A stretch of 54,331 bases of DNA from a virus. Taxonomy: Duplodnaviria; Caudoviricetes. A program made the position numbers and the translations under genes. Below the pieces are notes generated by a model, which ran no database searches, was not told where the DNA came from, and was given only the letters and a program-made list of their open reading frames with translations. The DNA lies in IMG/VR virus record IMGVR_UViG_3300032048_000004, positions 1 to 54,331 of that record; one strand, 5' to 3'. This document shows positions 8,717-17,835 of this stretch, in pieces; position 1 is the first letter of the stretch, and every line of letters starts with the position of its first letter.

Positions 8717-11140
8717 TTACCCGCACTTAGCGTAACCGCACGAAGCACAGGTCACACAACCATCCTGATAGATTAAAGCCTCTTGTTCGCAATTGTGACA
8801 AATTTTATCACTGGGGACTTCACCATCTTTAATATAGGTCTTCAGTATCCTCGCCACACATTTTGAGAAGCTAAACATATCACTATCTTTATCTTTCTGC
8901 AATTGCTCTGCAAGGAATCTTACTTCTGCTCCATGCCTCAACCCAAGTGAGATCATTCGGGTGAAGGCTGAGTTGTTTGGATTGTCGAAGGCTTTAACAA
9001 TATCTTTTACAGTTATCGTGTCTCCGTTGAATCCGAACGAAAGGTCATAACGATTATCTTTCGTCTTGAACCACTGCTTGATCAGGCGACCAGTTGTGTA
9101 TTTCTTTGGGATCTCGATCATGTTGGCTTCGCCACCCATGATTTCATATGGCTTGCCATCAAGTAGGCCGACCAACACCGTCCACTTTTCGCCCTTGATT
9201 GTGGTGTGGTGAATATCACACTCCAGGAGTTCAGGGCGGCTTGGAGATTCATGTTGCGGGAACATCTCTTTTTTGCTCGCTTCATCCTTTGTGACGAGGA
9301 CACCTGTGCGGCTTCCATCAACATAAACTGTGACGCCCTTGAGTCCCTGTCTCCATCCTTCAAGATACAGTTCAGACACAACGTCTTCCCCTGTTCCTTT
9401 CGGGAGATTGATCGTGGAGCTAATGGCGTGATCAATATGCTTCTGGATTCTTGATTGAATCTCAATCCTCTTTGTCCAATCAATCTGATCAGACTCAACA
9501 AAGTATTTTGGTGCTGTCTGTCGTCCAGTCAGTTCCATGTACTCTTTAATATTGTGGTGGAAGACTTCAAACTCTTTCCATCGATCTCCGAGATCATCCA
9601 CGAAGTCTGCTTCGAGTCCACCCTCAGTTTGATCCAGCTTTCGGCGTCGGATATATGAGTTTCGGAATACAGGCTCAAGACCTGAACTCGTCTGGGACAT
9701 AATGGAGACACTTCCAGTTGGCGCATTGGTCAAGATGGAAATGTTTCTTCGTCCGTACTGGCTCATGAGGGCGAGTATGTCGCTTGGCAGGGACTTAATA
9801 AATAAGTTGTCCTTCTCTTTCTTCCAATCAAATACTGGGAAGGCTCCACGCTCTCTTGCGAGGATCACACTCTCAGTGTAAGCTTCTTCCTTGAGGGTTT
9901 TATAAATCCTCTCTGTCACATCAATAGCGTCGTTGGAGTCATAAGCCAAGCGCAGACATGCGAGAACATCTGCAAGGCCGTGTGTGCCAAGTCCGGTCCT
10001 TCGTCCATTAGAACAAGCGTCCATGAGCTTTTGCCACATAGCCTTCTCGTCTTGTGTGTCAGAGACTTCCATGATGTTTGCCAGCTTCTCAAGCTCAAGC
10101 TCAACCAAGTCATCAGACAGGCGCATAGAGTCTCGCACTGTTTGTGAAAACTCTTCGAAGTCGAAGTAAGCACTGGAAGTGAATTTCTCTTTAACAAAGT
10201 TCTTGAGGTTGATTGAGATCAATCGGCAACTGTCATAAGCAGACAGAGGGATCTCTGAGCAGGGGTTCGTACAAATAGTCTTGAATCCTACATCTGCGTA
10301 GCTCTCTGCTGGAAGATACTTTTGAATGTTTCCCCACATCAACAGTCCAGGTTCAGCAGTGGTGGTTGCAGACTTTACAATGGTACTCCACAGATCCTTT
10401 GCATTGATTGTTCTGGTGATGGTTGGATTGTCAGACTCCACTGGGTAGCGAAGCTCGAAGTCTTCTCCTGCTTCAACTGCTTCCATGAAGTCATCACTGA
10501 TCTTGAGAGACACATTAGCTCCAGTAACCTTTGTCAAGTCCTGCTTCATCGTCACGAACTTCTCAATGTCTGGATGGCGAATATCCATCGTGACCATGAG
10601 CGCACCACGTCTTCCATTCTGTCCGATCATTCGGCACACATAAGAGTAGAAGTCTGCGAAGCTCCAAGCTCCACTGGTTGTACCAGCAGAGTTGTTGACG
10701 GCTGTTCCGTCAGGACGTAGATCGCTAATGTCTAATCCGACGCCGCAACGACGCTTAAACAGATTAGCAAGATCCCTTCCTGCATTTAGAATAGAGGAGA
10801 TATTATCTTTTGGAGATTCAACAACAACGCAGTTGGACAACGATACGTTAACAAAGTCATTACCAATCCCCATCATTGGGGATCCTTGTGGTACAATGTA
10901 GTCAAAGTTTTTCAGGTAATTAAATATTTTATCTTCGCCGATCTCGTGGCCAGCGTTAAACTTCTTCTCTATTCGTGCAAATTCCTTTGCAATGCGCCGA
11001 TGCATGTCGTCTGGTGTTAGTTCTCGATATTCGCCCTTCTTATCTTTCAGCGCATATTTCGTCATCCAGACATTGGTAGCTAACTCATCACCATTGAAAT
11101 ACTCCATAGTAGCATCTCGAACTTCATTCTCGGCGTACAT
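8717..11140 (-). CDS. nrdJ: adenosylcobalamin-dependent (class II) ribonucleotide reductase
   Basis: SNC, NPCSEIPL, RRTGLG, APTGS, AISSTIN, KGVTVY and a C-terminal Cys4 ribbon; no beta subunit nearby. Confidence 0.88.
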   Translation of the reverse strand: MYAENEVRDATMEYFNGDELATNVWMTKYALKDKKGEYRELTPDDMHRRIAKEFARIEKKFNAGHEIGEDKIFNYLKNFDYIVPQGSPMMGIGNDFVNVSLSNCVVVESPKDNISSILNAGRDLANLFKRRCGVGLDISDLRPDGTAVNNSAGTTSGAWSFADFYSYVCRMIGQNGRRGALMVTMDIRHPDIEKFVTMKQDLTKVTGANVSLKISDDFMEAVEAGEDFELRYPVESDNPTITRTINAKDLWSTIVKSATTTAEPGLLMWGNIQKYLPAESYADVGFKTICTNPCSEIPLSAYDSCRLISINLKNFVKEKFTSSAYFDFEEFSQTVRDSMRLSDDLVELELEKLANIMEVSDTQDEKAMWQKLMDACSNGRRTGLGTHGLADVLACLRLAYDSNDAIDVTERIYKTLKEEAYTESVILARERGAFPVFDWKKEKDNLFIKSLPSDILALMSQYGRRNISILTNAPTGSVSIMSQTSSGLEPVFRNSYIRRRKLDQTEGGLEADFVDDLGDRWKEFEVFHHNIKEYMELTGRQTAPKYFVESDQIDWTKRIEIQSRIQKHIDHAISSTINLPKGTGEDVVSELYLEGWRQGLKGVTVYVDGSRTGVLVTKDEASKKEMFPQHESPSRPELLECDIHHTTIKGEKWTVLVGLLDGKPYEIMGGEANMIEIPKKYTTGRLIKQWFKTKDNRYDLSFGFNGDTITVKDIVKAFDNPNNSAFTRMISLGLRHGAEVRFLAEQLQKDKDSDMFSFSKCVARILKTYIKDGEVPSDKICHNCEQEALIYQDGCVTCASCGYAKCG

Positions 11141-11141
11141 T

Positions 11142-12536
11142 CTAAACCTCTTTATCTTTCTTATTCTTTAAGTGTGTTTTATATTTTTGCTGAAGGGACT
11201 CTTTCTGTCTTTTGACACCGCTCTCGATAACAGATGCTGGGGATTCTCCCCTGTTGTTCAAAACTTTAATAGATACATTCTTTGTCTGCATGTGTATTGG
11301 AAACACGATGCCATCAGGACCGTTACGATTCTTGGCGATGAATACTCTTCCCTCGTCTGTAATTTTATCTTCAACAGTTCTTGAAATTGTGAAAATAAAG
11401 TCAGCGACGAAACATTTATTAAATGCTTCAGAAATGGATTCCATCGTTATCACCTCGGCATTTATGCCAGTTCTATTCGTTTGTGATGCTGTCCAAACTG
11501 GACAGTCATAGATTTGGGCAAGTCCCCTCATCTCTTCATAAATAGATTCCAGATCAGTTCTTTTCTCTCGCTGGACCTTTATTGGACTTAAAAGATCTCC
11601 GTAGTCGATAATGATCATGTCGGGTTTATTGTCGAGAAGAACAAGCCTCTCAAGGTGGTTTTTTAATGTCTGTGTTGTCGCAAGTTTGGTTGGATATTCC
11701 TTCACGATCAGCTTGCCAGGTATCTCTTTTACAATCTCAAAGATCTCATCTTTCCTGTGGAACAGATCACGAAGATCAATGCCGGATATGCAACTATCGT
11801 ATCTGGATGCAACGACCGTATCGGCCAACTCAAGTGTGTAGTGAACAACTGTCTTGCCAGCCTTGACTGCCTCTGCTCCGAGATGAACAAGGGCCATCGA
11901 CTTGCCAACGCCTGTTGGTGCAATTACAACACCAAGCTCTCCTGAGCCGAGTCCACCAGAAATTATTCCATCAATGGCTGTCCATCCAGTTGTTACTGGA
12001 TTCCTTGCTTTGATCTCGAATCTCTTTTCAAAGTCAACTAGGTAATCATAACCAAAGTTGTTATCCGTTCCTAGCTTCAGTGCTGTGTCGATCTTGCTCT
12101 TAACATCTTCGTATGAGGCTCCCGTGGAAGCGTCATTGATAAGCTCCGCAGATTCAATCAATGCTGTCTTGAGTTTTTGCTTGCGGCAGAAGTCAAGCGA
12201 CACCTCTTTGATAAAGTCTGCATCGCCAACTGCACTTCCAGAAGTGATACGAACAAAGTAGTCTCTCACCTGCTTCTGAACCACCTCGTTGTGTTTGCCA
12301 AGGTCTGTCCTCAGCAGTGTTGTCATTGTATCGAGGGATGGGTGAATCCCATATCGATCTCGATGTGAGAAAACGTATTCAACGAATATCCTGAGATATT
12401 TTAATTCAAGAAACTCTGGATCGAATACCTCCCTAATCTGATCTGAAAATGTTCTGTCCTCAAATATTAAATGTATGAGGCTCTCTTGAAATGATTTGCC
12501 ATATTTTGAAAATCCAATGTCGGTCATAATAGTCAC
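11142..12536 (-). CDS. DnaB/gp41-like replicative helicase
   Basis: APTGVGKS Walker A, IIIDYGD, ASQTNR and KNRNG motifs. Confidence 0.92.
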   Translation of the reverse strand: MTIMTDIGFSKYGKSFQESLIHLIFEDRTFSDQIREVFDPEFLELKYLRIFVEYVFSHRDRYGIHPSLDTMTTLLRTDLGKHNEVVQKQVRDYFVRITSGSAVGDADFIKEVSLDFCRKQKLKTALIESAELINDASTGASYEDVKSKIDTALKLGTDNNFGYDYLVDFEKRFEIKARNPVTTGWTAIDGIISGGLGSGELGVVIAPTGVGKSMALVHLGAEAVKAGKTVVHYTLELADTVVASRYDSCISGIDLRDLFHRKDEIFEIVKEIPGKLIVKEYPTKLATTQTLKNHLERLVLLDNKPDMIIIDYGDLLSPIKVQREKRTDLESIYEEMRGLAQIYDCPVWTASQTNRTGINAEVITMESISEAFNKCFVADFIFTISRTVEDKITDEGRVFIAKNRNGPDGIVFPIHMQTKNVSIKVLNNRGESPASVIESGVKRQKESLQQKYKTHLKNKKDKEV

Positions 12537-13501
12537 TCTCCTTTTGTTCTAGCTATATTATTAAGCTGCTGAAACATCTCATTAGGACTCCATGTGGACC
12601 CGAAACCATCTTCAATCATCATCTTTCTAAACTCTGTCTTATTAAAGAAATAATCAAAGTTATCAATATTGTAATTTATCTTAGTTACGCCCTGTGCGGA
12701 TATGCTTGGAGAGTACAACTGCATCATCCTGTAGTTTAACATAACTTTATCAAATTGTTCAGCTATATTTCCATAAGCTTTAACATTACTTTCACTGGTG
12801 GAACAGTGATCGTAGACCTCATCCAACGTATAACTCTTCTCCTCTGATAAGAATGGCAACCGCTTGGCAACGGTTGGAAGACCGACACCATCGACACCTG
12901 GAAGGTTATCTGACGCATCTCCCGCAATAGCTCTTGCAAGCGCAAAGTTGGTTGGGTGAATTCCAAACTCCTCTACGATTGAGATTTTATTTTTTACCTG
13001 CTTTTGGATGGGTCGAAATATAATTGTCTCATCATCACACAGTTGATAGAAGTCTTTGTCACTGGAGACAATAACCTTCTGCCAGCCATTCAAACTGTGG
13101 TGTTGGGCAACGTGGGCGATGATATCATCAGCCTCAACGTCGTCAAGCATGAGTTGGATAATCGGAACGGTGTTGAGATACTCAAAGAGTCTTGTCTGCT
13201 GCCAGACTTTATTTTCTATCTCTTCTTCCTCGGACAAGTTTCGAATATCACGATTGAGGCGGATTGGCTTTCGCCCCTCTTTGTATCCCTTGACCATCTT
13301 CTTTCTCTTTTGCGAGCCACCTGGACCATCCCAACAGATAACAACCTTATCTGGATTGGTTTCTCTCATGAGTTTTTGCAGAATCTTAAGGAATCCTTTT
13401 ACGCCCCCGATGGGTTGCCCTCCCGACGTTGATCTGCTTGGATCAACTATGTAGGCTCTAAAATACATATTCAATGCATCAATGATTAAAACTCTCTTCA
13501 T
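12533..13501 (-). CDS. 5'-3' exonuclease / RNase H (FEN-like)
   Basis: LIIDALN, YKEGR, EADDII, SSDKDFYQL and GDASDNLPGVDGVG motifs. Confidence 0.93.
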   Translation of the reverse strand: MKRVLIIDALNMYFRAYIVDPSRSTSGGQPIGGVKGFLKILQKLMRETNPDKVVICWDGPGGSQKRKKMVKGYKEGRKPIRLNRDIRNLSEEEEIENKVWQQTRLFEYLNTVPIIQLMLDDVEADDIIAHVAQHHSLNGWQKVIVSSDKDFYQLCDDETIIFRPIQKQVKNKISIVEEFGIHPTNFALARAIAGDASDNLPGVDGVGLPTVAKRLPFLSEEKSYTLDEVYDHCSTSESNVKAYGNIAEQFDKVMLNYRMMQLYSPSISAQGVTKINYNIDNFDYFFNKTEFRKMMIEDGFGSTWSPNEMFQQLNNIARTKGE

Positions 13502-13502
13502 C

Positions 13503-14237
13503 CTATATCTCCACTATTAAATTCTTATCAAACGCACGATTTCGGAGTCCTGCTCCATCGTGACTATATCCGTATGGATTGCAAACAACCCTAGTTTTGT
13601 CCACTTTATAATCACAGGACTCGTGTGTGTGTCCATGGAGCCACAAAGCTGGTTTCGCATCAAGAATCGTCTGGAGCATATCACAAACAAAATAGCAGTT
13701 AAATCTGTCGCCCTTGTATTGTGGCGCAACACTGATCCAAGACGGGAGATAGTGCGTCACAACGATGTCTCCCTCTTTAATGTTCTGATTCAAATAATTC
13801 TGAGCCTTCTCATTGGACTTGTAAACCCAGTCACTGAAGCCATCAATAAATCGGAAGTCGTTAATGCGATCTTCTTGTGACAGTGCTTCTTGTGTGGGTG
13901 GAAACCAAAGAGTTGATCCAACGAACCTCTGTCCATCAATCTCAACAGAATCATTTCTTAACCAATGGAAGCTTGAGAACCTCTTGCTCAACTTCTTCAG
14001 CGAGCGGTGGACAACTTCTCTGGTTGAGCCATAGTATTCGTGGTTTCCGGTAACATATACGACGTGCGGGAATCTCTCGCACAGAACCTTAAGTGAGACA
14101 TAAAGCGTATCAATGGTACCAAAATCCCCAGCAACGACCAAAACATCAATATCATCAGTGGGTAGATCATTGCAAAACTTAAGACCTCTATCACGATGAA
14201 ACTCAGTGTGGATATCACTGATTATCTTAACTTTCAT
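13503..14237 (-). CDS. calcineurin-like metallophosphoesterase
   Basis: SDIH, AGD, GNHEYY, VTHY and HGHTH motifs. Confidence 0.9.
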   Translation of the reverse strand: MKVKIISDIHTEFHRDRGLKFCNDLPTDDIDVLVVAGDFGTIDTLYVSLKVLCERFPHVVYVTGNHEYYGSTREVVHRSLKKLSKRFSSFHWLRNDSVEIDGQRFVGSTLWFPPTQEALSQEDRINDFRFIDGFSDWVYKSNEKAQNYLNQNIKEGDIVVTHYLPSWISVAPQYKGDRFNCYFVCDMLQTILDAKPALWLHGHTHESCDYKVDKTRVVCNPYGYSHDGAGLRNRAFDKNLIVEI

Positions 14238-14240
14238 AAC

Positions 14241-15365
14241 TCAGCTTTCTGTGTTTTCGTCTTCTTCGTTGTCATAAAAAATGGCAGCTTCACCTTCACG
14301 TTTCTCAAACTTAAGAATCACCTCTTCGTCCATTAGCTGGAGGATTCTCTTTTCGAACTTCTCGTTCGCCATCTTCTCCATCCACTTGCTTGCTTGGAAC
14401 TTCTCCCCTGTTCCATCTTCATGTTGGAGTGTGTACCAAGCACCACTGACAGTCAAGTGTTCAGAACTCTTCACTGCGTCAAGCCAGCTTTCTTTATCCT
14501 GAACTCCAACCAGATCTCCCCAGAGGATTTTAAAGTTACAGATCCTCCCTGCTGTTCCAAACCTAGACTTCTCAAGCTTTGCTTTGACCTCAGATCCAAT
14601 TTGGAATCCTCGTTCGTCAAGAACTCTCGATGCCTTTGCTTTGCGTCCTGTCAGCCAGATACGGAGACTGTATGCATATTGCATTGCCTTGCCACCTGGA
14701 GTGAAATATGGTGTGGTCATCGCCTCTGCAACATTGCTTGTAATGTTTGTCTTCAACTGGTTCAGGACCAGAAGGGTTGCATTTGCATTTGCAAGAGGGA
14801 TCGCCAACTTTGACATACCCTTTGAAAGAATACGAGGCTTGACTGCCATCGAACTCAGCGGGTTGAAGTCGCCTTCAATATCCGTCCTGCTTGGCGTGAG
14901 TGCAAGGCTGTCCCAAATGAAGAGCCACTTGTTACCAGTAGTGAGGAGATCCTCAATCTGCTCAAGAACAAACTCAACGGACTCTGCCTGAATATATAGA
15001 ATCTCATCTACATTGCATCCTGCTGCGGTGAGGAACTCAGAAGAGATCGCAGACTCAGAATCAAAGTAAACAACATCGATTCCCATCTTCTGTGCGTTGG
15101 CTGCAACCTGTGCCGCCATATATGATTTACCAGTTGACTGAAGGCCAGCGATCTCTGAGATCTTACCAACTGGAATTCCTGCAAGGTGGCCTCTGGAGAC
15201 AATACTATCAAGCCATCGAGAACCAGTGGGGATCCACTCTTCAACATCTGTTGGGTTCTTCTCCGTAAGACTATATGCAACCGCCTGTCCATGTTTTTTA
15301 TTTATCTTCGCTTTGATCTCTGCGATTGAGAGCCGACCTGCTGCGGGTGCTTTGCTCTTAGCCAT
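14241..15365 (-). CDS. recA: RecA/UvsX-like recombinase
   Basis: IPTGS..LD, GLQSTGKS, FDSE, IWDSL, LNQL and TPGGKAM motifs. Confidence 0.93.
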   Translation of the reverse strand: MAKSKAPAAGRLSIAEIKAKINKKHGQAVAYSLTEKNPTDVEEWIPTGSRWLDSIVSRGHLAGIPVGKISEIAGLQSTGKSYMAAQVAANAQKMGIDVVYFDSESAISSEFLTAAGCNVDEILYIQAESVEFVLEQIEDLLTTGNKWLFIWDSLALTPSRTDIEGDFNPLSSMAVKPRILSKGMSKLAIPLANANATLLVLNQLKTNITSNVAEAMTTPYFTPGGKAMQYAYSLRIWLTGRKAKASRVLDERGFQIGSEVKAKLEKSRFGTAGRICNFKILWGDLVGVQDKESWLDAVKSSEHLTVSGAWYTLQHEDGTGEKFQASKWMEKMANEKFEKRILQLMDEEVILKFEKREGEAAIFYDNEEDENTES

Positions 15366-15442
15366 TTTATTTTCTCCAGTTTGTCGATTGTTGAGGCACC
15401 TGATTACCCTGTGCCTCCCCGTGGGTCATTCCTGAGTCCTAC

Positions 15443-16204
15443 TTATCCAAGAAGCTCTTTAAAAGCTCCTTCGACAGAGGATGAAGATGTGTTGGAACTT
15501 CCAGAATATTTGGTTGTTTCCTTAGAAGCTTCCTCAGCATCTCCGTCATCGCCACCTGCAAGATATGCATTGAGCAAGGTACCTACCTGCTCTGGTGTCT
15601 TACGCTCAAAGAGTCCATCAAAGTCTGGAACCTGCTCTAATAGAGCAACACACTCGGTGTCACTCAAGTCGGGACAAACAGTGCTTGCCTTCCTTGAGGG
15701 GGTGAGTGTGGTAACTGGAAATGAAGCTCCAGCAGGTTTCCCATACTTGAGGTTTAAATCAGTACCCTCTTTAACGTCCGTGATATCTCCATACTCTGGA
15801 TTGAGAACGAGGTTCAACAGTTGTTCATACACCTGTTTACCAAATCCCCATACACGAACGCCTTTGTCCTCTTCGCCACGAACAATGACAGGAGCGAAAA
15901 AGCGTTGCCGAGCCGAAAGGCTCTTTGCCATCTTAATACTCTCCTCTGTATTCTCATTGTAGAGACTCTGAATGAAGTCGTTCAACGGATCGTTTTCACC
16001 ATAGTTTCTCTTTGGACTTAGAAAGCCAGCGTTCTGGCCTAAGTTATAGTGGAACCAATATTCCTTGAAGGGATCTCCATCAGCAGTTGGGACGATACGA
16101 ACCGTCTGCTCTCCATCTGAAGGTCGCCAGAACAAAGACTTGTTCCCACCTTTATTTTGAAGCTTCGTCAGCTTCTCTCTCATTTTGTTTAAATCAATAC
16201 CCAT
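15443..16204 (-). CDS. single-stranded DNA-binding protein (gp32-like)
   Basis: FWRP..GEQTVRIVP, VWGFGK, YGDITD...GTD and an acidic tail ending AFKELLG; adjacent to recA. Confidence 0.8.
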   Translation of the reverse strand: MGIDLNKMREKLTKLQNKGGNKSLFWRPSDGEQTVRIVPTADGDPFKEYWFHYNLGQNAGFLSPKRNYGENDPLNDFIQSLYNENTEESIKMAKSLSARQRFFAPVIVRGEEDKGVRVWGFGKQVYEQLLNLVLNPEYGDITDVKEGTDLNLKYGKPAGASFPVTTLTPSRKASTVCPDLSDTECVALLEQVPDFDGLFERKTPEQVGTLLNAYLAGGDDGDAEEASKETTKYSGSSNTSSSSVEGAFKELLG

Positions 16205-16273
16205 GATTTTTTCTCCTTTTTGAGTAAATTACTCTGTAGTATGTTTAGCAAATATTCCAAACATCTGTTCCTA

Positions 16274-16303
16274 ATTATACCACAACTGCATTATTGCTGT
16301 CAA
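16274..16303 (-). promoter_or_regulatory. sigma70-like promoter for SSB/recA
   Basis: TTGACA-18 bp-TATAAT with extended TG, lying within the 3' end of the upstream ORF. Confidence 0.7.
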
Positions 16304-16571
16304 GTATTTTTTTAGAATTAACTTCACTGACGATCGCCTCGCCAACGATTGTATTCCAGTTAAAGACTCTGAAGCCTTTACTGTCGATATCCCAAACGAT
16401 TTCCATACCTTCCGACAATCCGTTCTTACGATTGGATCCTTTCAGGTGAGAACTGAGGAATTCTTTTGGCAAATCATCAAGTTTTACAAAACTCATCTTT
16501 CGCTCATCGCCGTTCTTCTTGAGGAAGGTGGCGGTGGTTGATTTAATGTTATTCTTCATAAGCACTTTCAA
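16275..16571 (-). CDS. small SH3/WYL-like beta-barrel protein
   Basis: F.KKNGDER.M ... VWDID.KGFRVFNW pattern typical of phage WYL_2-like proteins. Confidence 0.55.
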   Translation of the reverse strand: MKVLMKNNIKSTTATFLKKNGDERKMSFVKLDDLPKEFLSSHLKGSNRKNGLSEGMEIVWDIDSKGFRVFNWNTIVGEAIVSEVNSKKILDSNNAVVV

Positions 16572-16591
16572 TCTCCTATGTTGTTTCAGTT

Positions 16592-16620
16592 ATTATAGCA
16601 CAACTGAAATGTATTGTTAA
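16592..16620 (-). promoter_or_regulatory. sigma70-like promoter with an inverted repeat flanking the -10 box
   Basis: TTAACA-17 bp-TATAAT (extended TG); TTTCAGTT/AACTGAAA arms at 16584-16591 and 16602-16609. Confidence 0.65.
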
Positions 16621-17519
16621 ATGTTTTTTAAGGCGTCTTCGCCTTGGGGTTCATCTGAATGAACAGCGACATAAACATAACTATCTTCATATTCTGTCTC
16701 GTTGATGACATAGGATATGCCAACACCTTGCTGCTCTGCTTTCTTCTTCATGTTCTCTTTCAACTCCTTAAAGAATGTTTTATCTTCCAGGACTTCTTTA
16801 TTCACTGCAATGTAATATGTCTTGTCAGTTATATTTTCCAATGGGAAGAACAGACGCTCTTCTCCCGTGTCTGGATTTACAACACCATAGGTCGTAATCC
16901 GAACATGATCTTCTGTATCCGACTTGTTTTCGAATACAGGCTTCGTGTTGTTGAAGATATTGAGCATGTGATGCGTTGAAACAATGGTCTTGTTTAGCTC
17001 ATCGAAGTACCCCTTGATTGCAACATCGCCAGTGGCGTTCTCAATGGATGGGTTATACGTCAGATACATTCTCTCGAACATGCCAGAACGTGCATACTCT
17101 TGCATGACATAATAAGAGATCCTATCCAAGATATATTTTTTTCCACCAATCAACTGGAGATCTGGCTTAACATACATTACCGATAACTTACAGTTTTTGA
17201 TAGTTTCCAACACCCTAAGTGAAGCCCCTGTTATCTTTCCGCCACCAGCCATAATAAAGAGAACATTGTCTCCATCTTTCAGTTCTTCAAAGAACGTCTT
17301 CATCGAGGGACAATTCTTTTCATAGTCCTCCGAGGTTAATTGAAGAGGCATAGAGAAAGTCTTAACATTACTTTCCTCCGCCTCATCGTAGACAAGGCCG
17401 CTTAGATCGTTAAGGCTCTCCAGCCCTACATCGATCTTGTATACTTTATATTGCGGGTATTTCGCAAACTGGTCTGCTATGTTACAGCCAGCCGCACCCA
17501 ATCCAATTACAGCATCCAT
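16617..17519 (-). CDS. divergent tubulin/FtsZ-superfamily protein
   Basis: VIGLGAAGCNIA (T1), KID (T2), degenerate signature AGGGKITGAS (T4), YVKP (T5). Confidence 0.65.
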   Translation of the reverse strand: MDAVIGLGAAGCNIADQFAKYPQYKVYKIDVGLESLNDLSGLVYDEAEESNVKTFSMPLQLTSEDYEKNCPSMKTFFEELKDGDNVLFIMAGGGKITGASLRVLETIKNCKLSVMYVKPDLQLIGGKKYILDRISYYVMQEYARSGMFERMYLTYNPSIENATGDVAIKGYFDELNKTIVSTHHMLNIFNNTKPVFENKSDTEDHVRITTYGVVNPDTGEERLFFPLENITDKTYYIAVNKEVLEDKTFFKELKENMKKKAEQQGVGISYVINETEYEDSYVYVAVHSDEPQGEDALKNI

Positions 17520-17520
17520 A

Positions 17521-17835
17521 TCAATCCTCTACTGACTCCAAGATGTGTCCATCCGTGAATCGTCCACGAGTTGCAGCTTTTCTAACCTTGAGGTTGTTAA
17601 CCTCTGCGATACTAGATCCGATCGAGTGTGCAAGAGCTTCAAGAACTTCTTGAATATCTGCAATCTCTTCTGCACAGGGAGCTTCAAGAAACTCACTCAC
17701 TTCTTCCTGGAGCTTCTCCATGAGTTTGCTTTGATATTCTTTTTCATCCTTTGCAGTGTGAGAAATAAAACTCTTCCCCTTCTCTGTCAAGATGTTTGGG
17801 ATCTCGTCCCTTACTAATTTATTGTAAACTGGCAT
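17521..17835 (-). CDS. MazG-like nucleoside triphosphate pyrophosphohydrolase
   Basis: YNKLVRDEIP, KLQEEVSE, EEIADIQEV and K...RGRF motifs. Confidence 0.85.
   Translation of the reverse strand: MPVYNKLVRDEIPNILTEKGKSFISHTAKDEKEYQSKLMEKLQEEVSEFLEAPCAEEIADIQEVLEALAHSIGSSIAEVNNLKVRKAATRGRFTDGHILESVED

Noticed and set aside
15381-15962. 193-aa plus-strand ORF
   Set aside because: Antisense shadow of the SSB gene; Ser-rich with no motifs
16205-16270. Two small hairpins in the SSB leader, possibly gp32-style autoregulation
   Set aside because: The stems are short and AT-rich and cannot be distinguished from chance by eye
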